A stretch of 64,000 bases of DNA from the NCBI GenBank assembly GCA_963667665.2, contig OY763927.2:1600001-1664000 (forward strand). The letters run 5' to 3'. Of the stretch, positions 18,689 through 29,396 are shown piece by piece (positions within the stretch are counted from its first letter, which is position 1; each line of letters starts with the position of its first letter). The translations under genes and the position numbers were made by a program. Below the pieces are notes generated by a model. The model was not told where the DNA came from, did no database searches, and worked only from the letters and a program-made list of their open reading frames with translations. This DNA comes from Nitrosopumilus sp. Lineage in GTDB: Archaea > Thermoproteota > Nitrososphaeria > Nitrososphaerales > Nitrosopumilaceae.

Positions 18689-19920
18689 AAAAAAATCATC
18701 TAGACATAATTGATCCTATTCATGATTTCATTCGAGTTTATGAACATGAACTATCCATAATTGATGATCCACTTTTTCAAAGATTAAGACGGATTAGACA
18801 ACTTTCAGGTGCTCATTTAACATATCCGGCAGCTCAACATACAAGATTTGAGCATTCATTGGGAGTTATGCATATTGCTAGTCAAGCAGGTCATGCATTA
18901 AATGAAAAAGGAATTTTAAAATTAGATGACATTGAAATTCTTAGATTAGCTGGTCTCTTACATGACATAGGACATGGACCATTTTCTCATCTTTTTGAGG
19001 AAATAATACAGGAAAAAAAAATTTCACATGAAGACTTTGGTAAAGAAATTATTCTAAAATCTGAGATTGGTGACAATTTATCAAAAAATGGTTTTAATAA
19101 AAAGCTCATTACAAAAATTGCCTTTGGAGATTCCAAACTTCAATACATGAATGAAATTGTTTCAGGTACACTTAGTGCAGATATGATGGACTATTTACTT
19201 AGAGATGGTTATTTTACAGGAGCAGAACATGCAAAAATTGATCACAAAAGAATCACTCAGTCACTTGATGTACATCAGAAAAAACTAGCCTTGGAACGTT
19301 CAGCATTGTATTCTTTTGAATCAATGATGCATTCTAGATATCAAATGTTCAAGGCAGTCTATTTTCATAAAACAGTAAGAGCAGCAGAAGTAATGTTGAT
19401 TGAAGCACTAAGATTATCTGATGATGAATTTGGTTTTACTAGTTTTAATCTAAATGAATATGTTAAACTCACAGATGAATACGTTTTATCAACTCTTATA
19501 TCATCAAAATCTTCAAAACTAAAACGTGCTAGACAATTTGCACAAGATTATCAAGACAGGAAATTACTAAAATGTGTATTTGAACGAATTCTGACTAGCA
19601 AAACTAACTTGAAAAAAATACGAACTAATGAATTAAGAACTATCATTTCTAAAAAATCCAAAGTTGATGAGAATGAAATTTTTGTAGATAGTTCTGTTAC
19701 TCCATCTATTCCTCTTGCACCATCTAAAAACGAATCAAAATCTATAATTTTGATAACAAATGAGAATGGAAAATCCTCTGCAAAGGAGATGCCAATTTCA
19801 GATATTCCTGTGGTTTCAGCAATTTCTGGATTCATGAATATTCTTAGAGTTTATACCCATCAAAATAACAGAAAAAAAGTTGAAATTGCTGCAAAATCAA
19901 TCCTTGGTGATCTAAAGTGA
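18685..19920 (+). CDS. HD-domain phosphohydrolase (housekeeping COG1078 paralog)
   Basis: [47 protein letters not shown]; translationally coupled to tmk and pyrH. Confidence 0.92.
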   Translation: MKKNHLDIIDPIHDFIRVYEHELSIIDDPLFQRLRRIRQLSGAHLTYPAAQHTRFEHSLGVMHIASQAGHALNEKGILKLDDIEILRLAGLLHDIGHGPFSHLFEEIIQEKKISHEDFGKEIILKSEIGDNLSKNGFNKKLITKIAFGDSKLQYMNEIVSGTLSADMMDYLLRDGYFTGAEHAKIDHKRITQSLDVHQKKLALERSALYSFESMMHSRYQMFKAVYFHKTVRAAEVMLIEALRLSDDEFGFTSFNLNEYVKLTDEYVLSTLISSKSSKLKRARQFAQDYQDRKLLKCVFERILTSKTNLKKIRTNELRTIISKKSKVDENEIFVDSSVTPSIPLAPSKNESKSIILITNENGKSSAKEMPISDIPVVSAISGFMNILRVYTHQNNRKKVEIAAKSILGDLK

Positions 19921-20600
19921 AAAAGAGAATTGTTATCAAACTATCTGGAAAAGTTTTTGGTACCGATAACGTCAAAGCACTAAAAGACTATGCTCAATTT
20001 CTAGTAAAAATCAGCAAAATTTGTCAACCAATTATTGTTGCTGGTGGAGGAAGCATTGCACGACATTACATTTCTCATGCAAGATCTTCTGGTGCAGATG
20101 AATCAACTCTTGATGAACTTGGAATTGAAATTTCAAAACTTAATGCAAAACTATTGATTTATGCTCTAAAAAATAAGGCATATTCACATCCACCAACGAC
20201 TTTACAGGAAGTAAAACATGCAGTAGATGATGGATTAATAGTTGTAACAGGTGGTTTGCATCCTGGTCAAAGTACTAATGGTACTGCTGCATTGATTGCT
20301 GAAAAAGTTCATGCTGAACAATTCCTTAACGCTACTGATGTTGATGGAGTTTATGATAGAGATCCAAACAAATTCAAAAAAGCAAAAAAATTCAAACGCA
20401 TTGAAATAAAAAATTTGAAAAATATGTTAGTTCATGAAGATTCTATTGCAGGAGGCTATGACTTGATGGATATTGTTGCTCTAAAAATCATTGAACGCTC
20501 CAAAATCAAAACAAGAATCATAAAGGCTGATCCAAAAATTATTGAAAAGGCCATAAAAGGTGGTAATGTAGGCACTGAAATTATTCTTACTTCAAAATAA
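19917..20600 (+). CDS. pyrH: UMP kinase
   Basis: [39 protein letters not shown]. Confidence 0.95.
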   Translation: MKKRIVIKLSGKVFGTDNVKALKDYAQFLVKISKICQPIIVAGGGSIARHYISHARSSGADESTLDELGIEISKLNAKLLIYALKNKAYSHPPTTLQEVKHAVDDGLIVVTGGLHPGQSTNGTAALIAEKVHAEQFLNATDVDGVYDRDPNKFKKAKKFKRIEIKNLKNMLVHEDSIAGGYDLMDIVALKIIERSKIKTRIIKADPKIIEKAIKGGNVGTEIILTSK

Positions 20601-20975
20601 TTAATCAGAAATCTTGTTTTGAATTGTTGGTCTTGTTTCAGACCAGATCTGAATATCTTTTTTTGAATATTCAGGAATTCCTGATTCCCTAAGTTTTTTG
20701 AAAATTGTTTGTGCTTCCTCTTTTGAAACTGCCTTTGATTGAGCCTTTGTAAAACCATCTTTATCTACAATAATTGCTATATCTCCATCTGGGGAATTAA
20801 TTATAGCAGTAAATTCTTCCTCTCCAACTGGATAAAAATTACCATTGACTTTTTTGGTCGTCAACGTTAGCATTCCAAATCCAGCTGCATCAAACATCTT
20901 CATTTGTGATTTACTTGCTCTTTGTTTTCCTTGTTGTACTGCTTGAAAATACTGCACGATATTTTTTGTCTCCAA
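20601..20975 (-). CDS. hypothetical protein
   Basis: 124-aa ORF with typical codon usage; abuts pyrH stop. Confidence 0.7.
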   Translation of the reverse strand: METKNIVQYFQAVQQGKQRASKSQMKMFDAAGFGMLTLTTKKVNGNFYPVGEEEFTAIINSPDGDIAIIVDKDGFTKAQSKAVSKEEAQTIFKKLRESGIPEYSKKDIQIWSETRPTIQNKISD

Positions 20976-21026
20976 TGGTATAATAACTGTCTTAACATTT
21001 AAGATACCTAAAGTGATACAAAAATT

Positions 21027-21587
21027 ATGAATCGTAAAATCTTTCTTGGCATTGCAGTTGCAGTACTAATTGTTATATTGGGAGCAATTGGATCTGGAGT
21101 AGGAAGTATAAAGATCACAGAGTCACAAGATGAAGATATTTCCGAAACTCAAAACACCCCACAAATTAAACCTCTTCAAATTGAACTAGAAGATATTTCT
21201 GTTACTAAAATTTCAGAACGAGCAGCTACAATTAAGATTGCATTCAACATAATCAATCCTAACTCCAAGTCTTTTATCGTTCAAACTTTAGATTATCAAT
21301 TATATGAAACCGGTTATTCTGAAACTGAACAAATTTCTGGTGGTGAAATAGGAAGTAGACCTACAGGAATGGTTGAATTTGGTTCAAACTATTATGTTCT
21401 TCTTGGTGATAATTCTATTGTACTAAAAGATACTATCAATATCAAAAATTCTGGAAACACTCCTGAACTGTGGACTAGTCTTAAAGATAATACATCAACT
21501 TGGCATGTCATTGGAGATGTCTTTTACAATCTAAGTTCTATGACAAGTGGCCAAGAAAATGAACTTCACTTTGATTTTACAAGATAG
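21027..21587 (+). CDS. membrane-anchored LEA_2/WHy-like protein
   Basis: N-terminal TM; FNIINPNSKSFIVQTLDYQLY resembles the LEA14 N-P-N motif. Confidence 0.6.
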   Translation: MNRKIFLGIAVAVLIVILGAIGSGVGSIKITESQDEDISETQNTPQIKPLQIELEDISVTKISERAATIKIAFNIINPNSKSFIVQTLDYQLYETGYSETEQISGGEIGSRPTGMVEFGSNYYVLLGDNSIVLKDTINIKNSGNTPELWTSLKDNTSTWHVIGDVFYNLSSMTSGQENELHFDFTR

Positions 21588-21652
21588 AGTCAATAGTATC
21601 ATAAAATTTTAAAATTGTGATACTTTGTTTTTAGCAAAAAAATATTGGCAAA

Positions 21653-21660
21653 GTTATAAA
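21653..21660 (+). promoter_or_regulatory. TATA box for the 36-aa gene
   Basis: GTTATAAA preceded by A-rich BRE-like GGCAAA, ~26 nt upstream of ATG 21686 (leaderless spacing). Confidence 0.55.
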
Positions 21661-21685
21661 AGCCCGTTAAGTGAGATTTTATCAA

Positions 21686-21796
21686 ATGGCAGAAGCAGGT
21701 ATAGCCGCATTTGGCGCAGCAGCAGGAGTCGCAATTGCACTAGCAGTAGTGTGTTTCGCTCTTCGTGGTAAAGGACATCCAGAACCACTAGACTAA
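21686..21796 (+). CDS. single-pass membrane microprotein (36 aa)
   Basis: MAEAGIAAFGAAAGVAIALAVVCFALRGKGHPEPLD*; own TATA box and T-rich terminator. Confidence 0.75.
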   Translation: MAEAGIAAFGAAAGVAIALAVVCFALRGKGHPEPLD

Positions 21797-21833
21797 TCAA
21801 AGGAAAATTCCTTTTTTCATATTTTTCATTTAT

Positions 21834-22484
21834 CTAATCTGAATTTTTACCTGCACCCAATATTCCTAATAGGGACACTTGTCTGTTCATCTTCTTTTTC
21901 ATAAAACATCTTTCATAATATTGACAATTAGAACATTCAGATGATGGTTCTAAGATAGGTGTTTTTTGTTCTTTAAGAAGATCATGTAGAACTCTAACTC
22001 TTCTGATTATTTCTTCAAACATCTTTTTGTTACGTGTTAATGTAAAAGTTATTTCTTTTCTATCCCCTGTTATGTACACAATTACTCCATCTGATTTGTC
22101 ATATATCCACATGCATGCATTAAGATATAGAATATCATTTGCTAGAGGATTTTCTAATTCTTCTATTGTTGATCTAAATAAAAGAATAGAGTCATCTACT
22201 AACATATCGACTTGTCCCTTTAGCTTGATATCGTTAATTTCAAATTCTTTTGGCTCACTTCCATACTCTAATTTTCTTAATAATCCTGAGAGAAGTTCAT
22301 TGAATCCTCTTCTTTCAATTTCATTGGGTTCAATTCTGTCATAATATGAGCGTCTAAGACATTGAACTACTTCTTGAAGGTGAATGGTTTGAATATCTTT
22401 AGGATCTATCTCGATTTCTAATTCTTTTCCTATCGAACGTAATGCATTTTGAATAATATTTCTATAATCTCTATCGCCCATCAT
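21834..22484 (-). CDS. solo Cas4-like / PD-(D/E)XK-fold Fe-S protein (no CRISPR nearby)
   Basis: CLRRSYY plus C-terminal ECSNCQYYERC (1+3 Cys pattern), LKGQVD. Confidence 0.75.
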   Translation of the reverse strand: MMGDRDYRNIIQNALRSIGKELEIEIDPKDIQTIHLQEVVQCLRRSYYDRIEPNEIERRGFNELLSGLLRKLEYGSEPKEFEINDIKLKGQVDMLVDDSILLFRSTIEELENPLANDILYLNACMWIYDKSDGVIVYITGDRKEITFTLTRNKKMFEEIIRRVRVLHDLLKEQKTPILEPSSECSNCQYYERCFMKKKMNRQVSLLGILGAGKNSD

Positions 22485-22516
22485 AATATATCATCTTGAA
22501 ATTAGATCAATATAGG

Positions 22517-22747
22517 TTAATTCATAATCTTATCTAGATACTTTGAAATTCTACCTGAAAACGCAAGTGTAATTATATGAACACCAAATCCTAATACTGC
22601 TCCTATAATCAAATTTCCTGTTCCATAGTAAATTCCCAAAAATATCCCTAGTGATGGTAGGGCAAAAATCAATGCCATAGAGATACTTACCCAATTTGTA
22701 AGAATATCAATTGATGTTTCATTTTTTTTTGTTGGAAATTTACTCAT
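22517..22747 (-). CDS. small two-TM membrane protein downstream of ATP synthase subunit C
   Basis: 76 aa, two hydrophobic helices, 13 nt after subunit C stop. Confidence 0.7.
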   Translation of the reverse strand: MSKFPTKKNETSIDILTNWVSISMALIFALPSLGIFLGIYYGTGNLIIGAVLGFGVHIITLAFSGRISKYLDKIMN

Positions 22748-22760
22748 ATTTTATACCAGT

Positions 22761-23795
22761 CTATTCTGTCTCTAAAATCAATTTTGACATAGTAGTTTCA
22801 GTTGGTATTTTTTGTTCAACTGCATAAGCAATTGCTGAAAGATTTCTCACTTCGAATGCAGTTAGTTTTGTAATTCCTACTGTTGTTGCTAAACTGAACA
22901 TTTTTGTGAAAGAGTTTAACGATGCTTTGTAAATCGCTATTTCAAAAGCTCTTTCAAATTCAGATATTGCATCTAATTCATTTTCAACTTGAGGAACTAG
23001 ATTACTATACTTTGTATTAGAAAGTTCGTTGAATGCATCTCTTATTGAACCAGCTGCTATCATTCTTCCTAGCAAATCTTTTGCAGCAGGAGATTGAATT
23101 ATAATTAAATCTTGAATTTGTTGTTCATCAAGTCCCCAAAACTTTCCTCTAATCACACTTAAAATATTATAAAAATCAACATCCATCCCAATCAATCTAC
23201 TTGCATCTATGTCTCCAGATTTTAGTGCCTTTACAAGACGTGTATACAAAATTTTGTCAAAATATGTATCAAAAATTTGGAGATTCTTTTTATCTGCATA
23301 CAAAGCTGCCGCTTTTGCAATTTCTTCACCAAATTCTACTTGGCTTAAACTTGCAACTGTTTCTTCCAGATCTTTTGCTACAAGTGCTTTGACTACAATA
23401 TCTCTTTGCTTAATTAATTCTTCAGCATGAAGATTAATGTGAATTTCAATCTCTTCTTGAGATTTTCCCAAAACTTTTCCTTTTAGAATTTGTTTTAAAT
23501 TAGAAATGATAAATTTCAAATAATAAGCATCTAAGATGCGTGACTCACCTGCAGTTTTTGCTATGCTATAATGAACATCAGCTAGGTGACTTTTTAGAGC
23601 AGATTCAATACCCTGAGATGTGTAAGGTTTCTCTACTTCAGACACTGCTTCTCCATAAACTGTATTTTTAATTCTCGTCATTAATTCATCAAGATCTCTT
23701 GATTCTGCCAATGTTTGAAAATCAGCTTTTTTTAATAATTTTCCTCTTTTACTATAGGATTTTACAGATGCAAAGACGTTTTTAGATCCACCCAT
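22761..23795 (-). CDS. atpC: A/V-type ATP synthase subunit C
   Basis: ASVKSYSKRGKLL, ISNLKQILKGK, DFYNILSVIRGK, FEVRNLSAI. Confidence 0.9.
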   Translation of the reverse strand: MGGSKNVFASVKSYSKRGKLLKKADFQTLAESRDLDELMTRIKNTVYGEAVSEVEKPYTSQGIESALKSHLADVHYSIAKTAGESRILDAYYLKFIISNLKQILKGKVLGKSQEEIEIHINLHAEELIKQRDIVVKALVAKDLEETVASLSQVEFGEEIAKAAALYADKKNLQIFDTYFDKILYTRLVKALKSGDIDASRLIGMDVDFYNILSVIRGKFWGLDEQQIQDLIIIQSPAAKDLLGRMIAAGSIRDAFNELSNTKYSNLVPQVENELDAISEFERAFEIAIYKASLNSFTKMFSLATTVGITKLTAFEVRNLSAIAYAVEQKIPTETTMSKLILETE

Positions 23796-23847
23796 TTTGA
23801 TTGATCTCAATAAATAACAGATTTTAATGTTTGGCGTTATTTTGTGG

Positions 23848-24531
23848 TTAGGTTATTTCATTGAGGAATCTTATGGCCTCATCTTTTTCTTGTTTTGATA
23901 GTTTTAAAAATGCCTCTAAAAACTCCTTTTGAATACCTAAAGACTCGTCTGAAATTTCCCGAAGTTTTGATAGATCAAAAGGAAGCAGATCTTTAATTTT
24001 ATTATTACAAAAAGCCTTAACATATTTTTGAAAAATTGAAAATGTGAAATTGGGACTAGTTCTTAAAAGATTAGAGATAATTTTTTCAAAGTCTTTTTCA
24101 CCAGATTCTGACTTTGAGAAAAAATCTTTTAGTAAATTTTCTCTATTATCAATTTCACTAATTGATAGTGCTATCAAAATACCCTTTCTGGTTAAGTGAT
24201 AATATGGAATTCCTATCTCCTGAAGAGCCTTTGGACCTCTTTTTAGAGGTAATCTTCCATCCTCATCTGCAATCTTCATAGGAAGTAAAATCTTATCCAT
24301 ATCACGAAATATTCCTGAATAGATATTCTTCCAGGCTATTCCTTGTTTTTTTGCTATTCTTTGAGAAATTCCTGTTCTAGTTCTTTCTGCGGGATTAACA
24401 TTACTAGCAAGTATTGTTATGATCGCCCTTTGTCTATTTGCCTCACCTGTTAATTCATCACCTTTAGTTTTGAATGTATCAAAAATTGCTAGTTTTATAC
24501 CTGATTCTTTATCTTTTGACTTAATTTTCAT
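23848..24531 (-). CDS. winged-helix-like hypothetical protein, divergent from amt
   Basis: Helix-turn-helix-like segment RTRTGISQRIAKK...IYSGIFRD and wing PYYHLTRKG. Confidence 0.55.
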   Translation of the reverse strand: MKIKSKDKESGIKLAIFDTFKTKGDELTGEANRQRAIITILASNVNPAERTRTGISQRIAKKQGIAWKNIYSGIFRDMDKILLPMKIADEDGRLPLKRGPKALQEIGIPYYHLTRKGILIALSISEIDNRENLLKDFFSKSESGEKDFEKIISNLLRTSPNFTFSIFQKYVKAFCNNKIKDLLPFDLSKLREISDESLGIQKEFLEAFLKLSKQEKDEAIRFLNEIT

Positions 24532-24632
24532 ATTTTATGTTACTATCAGAATATACTAAAATATAATAATTTACTTTTTTACAAATTTTATAGTCTTTAA
24601 TCCTTAAATGCCCTCCAATTTCGATAAATTTA

Positions 24633-26195
24633 ATGAATTCTAGGAACTACAAGTATGCTCTATTACTTGTAGCCGCAGTATCAATCACAGCAGCTGGTGC
24701 TATGTCACAAGCATATGCACAAAGTGTTGATGATGGTATGGACGGATATGTAGTGGGAACTAGTGGAATTTACACTGGTAACCCTAACGAGTGTTGGTAT
24801 GATGATGGCGACGGCGGCATGCTCCCTTGTATGGTAGATACAGGTGATATGGCATGGATGCTTACAGCAACATCATTAGTACTCTTCATGACTCCCGGCG
24901 TTGCATTCTTTTATGGTGGTTTATCCCGCTCAAAGAACGCAGTAAACGCCATCGGCATGACCTTTGTAGTCATTGGTTTAATGTCAGTACAATGGGTTCT
25001 ATGGGGATACTCACTAGCATTTGGCGGAATTGATAATGACGCAAATATGTTCATGGGAAATTTGGACTATGTTGGATTTAATATGGTCTCAGCATGGGCT
25101 CCATTAGGTGAAGCAGGACCTTGTGCAGATACATGGTCTAATGCATACCAAATGCAGCAGTTCAAAGAAGGAGATGTTTGTAGTCAAGGTTGGCCAGGTA
25201 CAGTACCTCACCAACTATTTGCAATGTTCCAAGCAACATTCGCAATTATCACCCCAGCACTAATTGTTGGTGGTTTGGTTGACAGAATCAAATTCAGCGC
25301 ATTAATCATATTCGTACTCTTATGGGGTACCTTCGTTTACGATCCAATTGCACATTGGGTTTGGGGAGGTGGTTACATAGGAGGAGGTTCAATAGACCTC
25401 GATCCAAACTTATCGCCATCATACGCATTAGACTTTGCTGGTGGTACTGTAGTACACATTACTTCAGGATTCGCTGCATTGGCAGGAGCCTTAGTCCTTG
25501 GCAGAAGACTTGGATATGGCAAAGTTCCAATGGAACCACACAACATTCCAATGGTTGTACTAGGTGCATCCATTCTATGGTTTGGTTGGTTTGGTTTCAA
25601 CGCAGGAAGTGAAGTAATGGTAGACGGCATTACCGTAAGCGCATGGACTGTAACTAATACCGCAACAGGTATGGCTTCAGTAACATGGGTTTTGATGTCA
25701 TGGGCACATACCGGAAAACCAAGTATAGTTGGTGCTGCAACAGGTGCAGTAGCAGGATTGGTAGCAATCACACCAGCATCAGGTTGGGTAGGTCCAATGG
25801 CTTCGATTATTATCGGTATTGCTGCTGGAACAATTTGTTATGCAGCTATAGCATTCAAGAATGCACGCAAATGGGACGACGCATTAGATGTATGGGGAGT
25901 ACACGGAATGGGTGGTCTTACAGGTGCAATTTTGACTGGAACATTAGCTAGTCCACACGTTTGGGATACTGGAGACGGTATCGGCGCATGGACTGGTACT
26001 CCAGAAGGAATGGAACAGCAAGCAATCAGCATCATTGGTGCTGCAATATCAGTAGGCTATGCCTTTGGTGTTACCCTTGTAATCTTCAAAATCATGGATG
26101 CCATCTGGCCAGGCGGAATCAGAGTCACTCCTAAAGAAGAGGAGATTGGCATTGATTTGGCTCAGCACGGCGAAAGAGCATACGTTAACGAATAG
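24633..26195 (+). CDS. amt: ammonium transporter (Amt family)
   Basis: DTGDMAW, LFMTPG, FQATFAIIT, DFAGGTVVHITSG, LWFGWFGFNAGS, DDALDVWGVHG. Confidence 0.98.
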   Translation: MNSRNYKYALLLVAAVSITAAGAMSQAYAQSVDDGMDGYVVGTSGIYTGNPNECWYDDGDGGMLPCMVDTGDMAWMLTATSLVLFMTPGVAFFYGGLSRSKNAVNAIGMTFVVIGLMSVQWVLWGYSLAFGGIDNDANMFMGNLDYVGFNMVSAWAPLGEAGPCADTWSNAYQMQQFKEGDVCSQGWPGTVPHQLFAMFQATFAIITPALIVGGLVDRIKFSALIIFVLLWGTFVYDPIAHWVWGGGYIGGGSIDLDPNLSPSYALDFAGGTVVHITSGFAALAGALVLGRRLGYGKVPMEPHNIPMVVLGASILWFGWFGFNAGSEVMVDGITVSAWTVTNTATGMASVTWVLMSWAHTGKPSIVGAATGAVAGLVAITPASGWVGPMASIIIGIAAGTICYAAIAFKNARKWDDALDVWGVHGMGGLTGAILTGTLASPHVWDTGDGIGAWTGTPEGMEQQAISIIGAAISVGYAFGVTLVIFKIMDAIWPGGIRVTPKEEEIGIDLAQHGERAYVNE

Positions 26196-26203
26196 AAAAA
26201 ACC

Positions 26204-26227
26204 CTTTTCTTTTCTTTTTATTTTTTT
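26204..26227 (+). terminator. oligo-T archaeal terminator after amt
   Basis: TTTTCTTTTCTTTTTATTTTTTT just downstream of the stop. Confidence 0.55.
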
Positions 26228-26267
26228 GAATACAAATCAATTTAGATTTGATCAATATATCAAAATC

Positions 26268-27044
26268 ATGTTAACTTCTACAACTAAACTTGATTCGATT
26301 CTAAATGATTCAAATATTTTGATAATTGATACCCGTTCTTTTGGAAAATATTCTGAAGGACATGTTCCAGGAGCTGTCAATTTAGATCTGTTTGCATTTC
26401 ATTGGATAGATACAACAAAAGAAGGAATACAAAATTTTAACAAACAAGCAGAGATGATTTTTTCATTTGTTGGGGTAAGCTTACAAAAGAAAGTTGTTTT
26501 TTATGATGATATCTCTGGTATGCTTGCTGCAAGAGGTTTTTGGATGTTAGAATATTTCTCTCATCCTGATGTATCCATATTAGATGGTGGAATGAAAAAA
26601 TGGAAAAAAGAAAACTTGCCAATTGAAACAAAACCAAACCCATTTCAACCCTCAAAATTTTCTGGAAAAATAAATCCTAAAATTATTTCCAGCTATGAAT
26701 ACATTTTAGATAATATTGATACACTAAAGATAATCGATGCCAGATCTGATGGGGAATTTAATGGAACCGTTGTACGTGCAGCACAAGTAGGACATATTCC
26801 AAAATCTGTCAATATTGATTGGAATCTAAACATCAATGATGATGGTACTTTCAAATCAGATGATGAACTATCCAAACTTTACCAAATGCCCAAAAATTCT
26901 GAAATAGTGACTTATTGTCAAGGAGCCTATCGAGCTGCTAACACATTTGTAACATTAAAGAAACTTGGTTTTGAAAATGTTCGTGTATATCTAGGCTCTT
27001 GGGGAGAATGGGGAAATAAACTAGATTTACCTGTGGAACAATAA
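26268..27044 (+). CDS. thiosulfate/3-mercaptopyruvate sulfurtransferase (tandem rhodanese)
   Basis: GHVPGA, ILDGG, IIDARS, GHIP, active-site YCQGAYRA, YLGSWGEW. Confidence 0.92.
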   Translation: MLTSTTKLDSILNDSNILIIDTRSFGKYSEGHVPGAVNLDLFAFHWIDTTKEGIQNFNKQAEMIFSFVGVSLQKKVVFYDDISGMLAARGFWMLEYFSHPDVSILDGGMKKWKKENLPIETKPNPFQPSKFSGKINPKIISSYEYILDNIDTLKIIDARSDGEFNGTVVRAAQVGHIPKSVNIDWNLNINDDGTFKSDDELSKLYQMPKNSEIVTYCQGAYRAANTFVTLKKLGFENVRVYLGSWGEWGNKLDLPVEQ

Positions 27045-27064
27045 ACACAAATTATTACGACAAA

Positions 27065-27151
27065 CTATGAACTAATTACTGTTAATCCAAAAATGGCAAA
27101 TCCAAGCATAACGAGTGCTGGAATCAAAGTTATTATGAATTCTTTTGACAT
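27065..27151 (-). CDS. 28-aa hydrophobic microprotein downstream of atpI
   Basis: MSKEFIITLIPALVMLGFAIFGLTVISS*; purine-rich AAAGGT just upstream. Confidence 0.55.
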   Translation of the reverse strand: MSKEFIITLIPALVMLGFAIFGLTVISS

Positions 27152-27171
27152 AACCTTTCTATCTCTTACTC

Positions 27172-29274
27172 CTATTTTTTATTATTCTTCCAAGAATATG
27201 TATTGTAAACTCTTTCTGGAACTAATTGTTGGAATGGTTGGGAACCTCCATCATACCATTTTGTAAAGAACTCGTAGAGGTGAAGCCTTAGTGACTGTAT
27301 GTACACAATCAAACCTTCAATCATCATGATTCCTATTTGTCCTCCTATGATAAGCACAAGAGCCATTGGACTACTAATTCCTCCCAAGCTTTCAAAGGCC
27401 TGGTTAACTGTAAGCAAAAGAGCTGCATGTACTAGAAGCATAATTCCTAATCGTGCATAACTGATCGAGTGCGCCAAACATTCAATAGTTTTTCCAAGTA
27501 AAACCTCCATCATGACACTTACCATATCTCCACCATCCTCTGGATGTTTTTTGTTATGTTTTATTCCACCAATAATCATCAGTATAACACATGCAAGTAT
27601 GATAATTATTGAAACTCTAACTACTATCCATACAACTGCCCACTCTCCAACAAGTACAGAAACCCACGGTACAGCTTCTGTATGAATTTTAGAATACATA
27701 TTCATTACATCATATCCAGAACCTATTGCTCCCATCATTACTCCGAAAACTCCTAACCACATGAACAAGTTGGGAATAGCTTCAAAGATCAGTCCATCTC
27801 TATTACCACTTTTCCAAAAGTTACGAATTCGTAAAAGGAAAGCCCATGATAAATGAATGACTCCCAAGAATAATGACACTTTTAAAATCATGATGACTTG
27901 ATCAAATGTTAATTCTGCTACACTAATTACACCAATCAACCATGAAACTGAATGAAGCGGACCACCTTCATGTAACAGAGCTTCCATACCTGCCAAGTGT
28001 TCTATATGAAAACCAAACGCTTCACCTTGAAAAATTCCCGCAAGCGCACCTGCTCCACCAGACATTGCAAGTAACATTCCCCATCTAGATAGATTACCTT
28101 GTCCTTTGAATTTGAACAAGAGTCCTAAACACATTAACAAAATTCCATGACCTATATCTGCAAACATTAATCCGTAAAAAATAGGCCACATTAGTGCAAT
28201 CATCCATGTGGGATCAAATTCTCCTCGCTTGGGAATTCCTTGACTGCTAGTAATTACTTCATATGTTCTGACCCATCTAGGATTATCCAAATAAACAGGA
28301 AGATCTGAAAGCGTCTTTTCATCTTTTATTTCTTCAGTAATTGATGTCCATTGACTTGTTACTTGTTTGAACTTTTTTTCCATCTTCTTTGGGATATACC
28401 CTTGAATTACTGCAAAATTCTTTGTACCGCCTGGTTTACGTAATGTTTCAAGAACTTCTTTTGCAACAAATGAATTTTCATGCATTATTAGAATTTCACG
28501 TCGAATTTTTTTTGTGATAGAAGCTAATTCTTTTGAAATTGATTTTTGTTTTGCTGTTAATTCTTTTATCTTTGATTCTGCTAAAGAATATGCTTCACTC
28601 GGAATTTGTGGAATATCTTTAGGGATACTAAATGGATTAGAATTAAGTGCTCGCATTACTTTGAGAATTTTATCAGAATCATCAATATCAGAAATTATTA
28701 TTATGGCTGATTTTTCTTTAGACCCTAATTCATATTTGAAAATTGGAATGCCTTCTAATGATCGTTCAATCTCTCCAAAATCTGAAGTATTAATGACAAA
28801 TAGATTTGTATAAAAATAATTCATTGCTCCAAAACCACTTAGATCAACATTTAGCTTGTTTGCAACTTGTAATGTTTCTTTTAATGATTTGTATTCTTCA
28901 AGCGAGTGATTAATCTTTGAATTTTCTTCTAATACTTTGGCTGCTTTAGTGATGCTCTCTGGAACTTTTTCCAGATCTGCAATCATATTTTCAATCTCAT
29001 CAATATCATAATTTTTCTTTTTAATTACAGTGCCCTTGAAAAGAATCTCCATGATGCCAACTCGCAGAGGAATATTCAATCCCTTTATCACATCTTCAAC
29101 AAATTGATGTGTTTTTTGTGCCCGTAAAAGAAGATCATCGATTTCTGGAGTAACTGTTTCATTTTCAATCTCCATTTTATGAAACCATTCAAATTCGGCT
29201 AAACGTGATATTACTTTTGGAGATTCATTTCTTGGAAGTATAACACTGCCAACCAAAAGATCTGCAACAGTCAC
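27172..29274 (-). CDS. atpI: A/V-type ATP synthase subunit I (a)
   Basis: GEFDPT, FYGLMFADIGHG, SISYARL, QSLRLHLYEFFTKWY; GTG 29274 is the likely start. Confidence 0.95.
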   Translation of the reverse strand: MTVADLLVGSVILPRNESPKVISRLAEFEWFHKMEIENETVTPEIDDLLLRAQKTHQFVEDVIKGLNIPLRVGIMEILFKGTVIKKKNYDIDEIENMIADLEKVPESITKAAKVLEENSKINHSLEEYKSLKETLQVANKLNVDLSGFGAMNYFYTNLFVINTSDFGEIERSLEGIPIFKYELGSKEKSAIIIISDIDDSDKILKVMRALNSNPFSIPKDIPQIPSEAYSLAESKIKELTAKQKSISKELASITKKIRREILIMHENSFVAKEVLETLRKPGGTKNFAVIQGYIPKKMEKKFKQVTSQWTSITEEIKDEKTLSDLPVYLDNPRWVRTYEVITSSQGIPKRGEFDPTWMIALMWPIFYGLMFADIGHGILLMCLGLLFKFKGQGNLSRWGMLLAMSGGAGALAGIFQGEAFGFHIEHLAGMEALLHEGGPLHSVSWLIGVISVAELTFDQVIMILKVSLFLGVIHLSWAFLLRIRNFWKSGNRDGLIFEAIPNLFMWLGVFGVMMGAIGSGYDVMNMYSKIHTEAVPWVSVLVGEWAVVWIVVRVSIIIILACVILMIIGGIKHNKKHPEDGGDMVSVMMEVLLGKTIECLAHSISYARLGIMLLVHAALLLTVNQAFESLGGISSPMALVLIIGGQIGIMMIEGLIVYIQSLRLHLYEFFTKWYDGGSQPFQQLVPERVYNTYSWKNNKK

Positions 29275-29396
29275 ACTTCCAACGACGATTATTACATTAT
29301 AATATCTTTCTAAGTCCAAAATGAAAATATGAATTTTATTAAATTATTACAGCTCCTCCCAAACATTAAAATCTATTATCCAATGAGCACCTCGTA

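Noticed and set aside
21834-22484. CRISPR-Cas locus
   Set aside because: Solo Cas4-like gene only; no array or other cas genes in the window.
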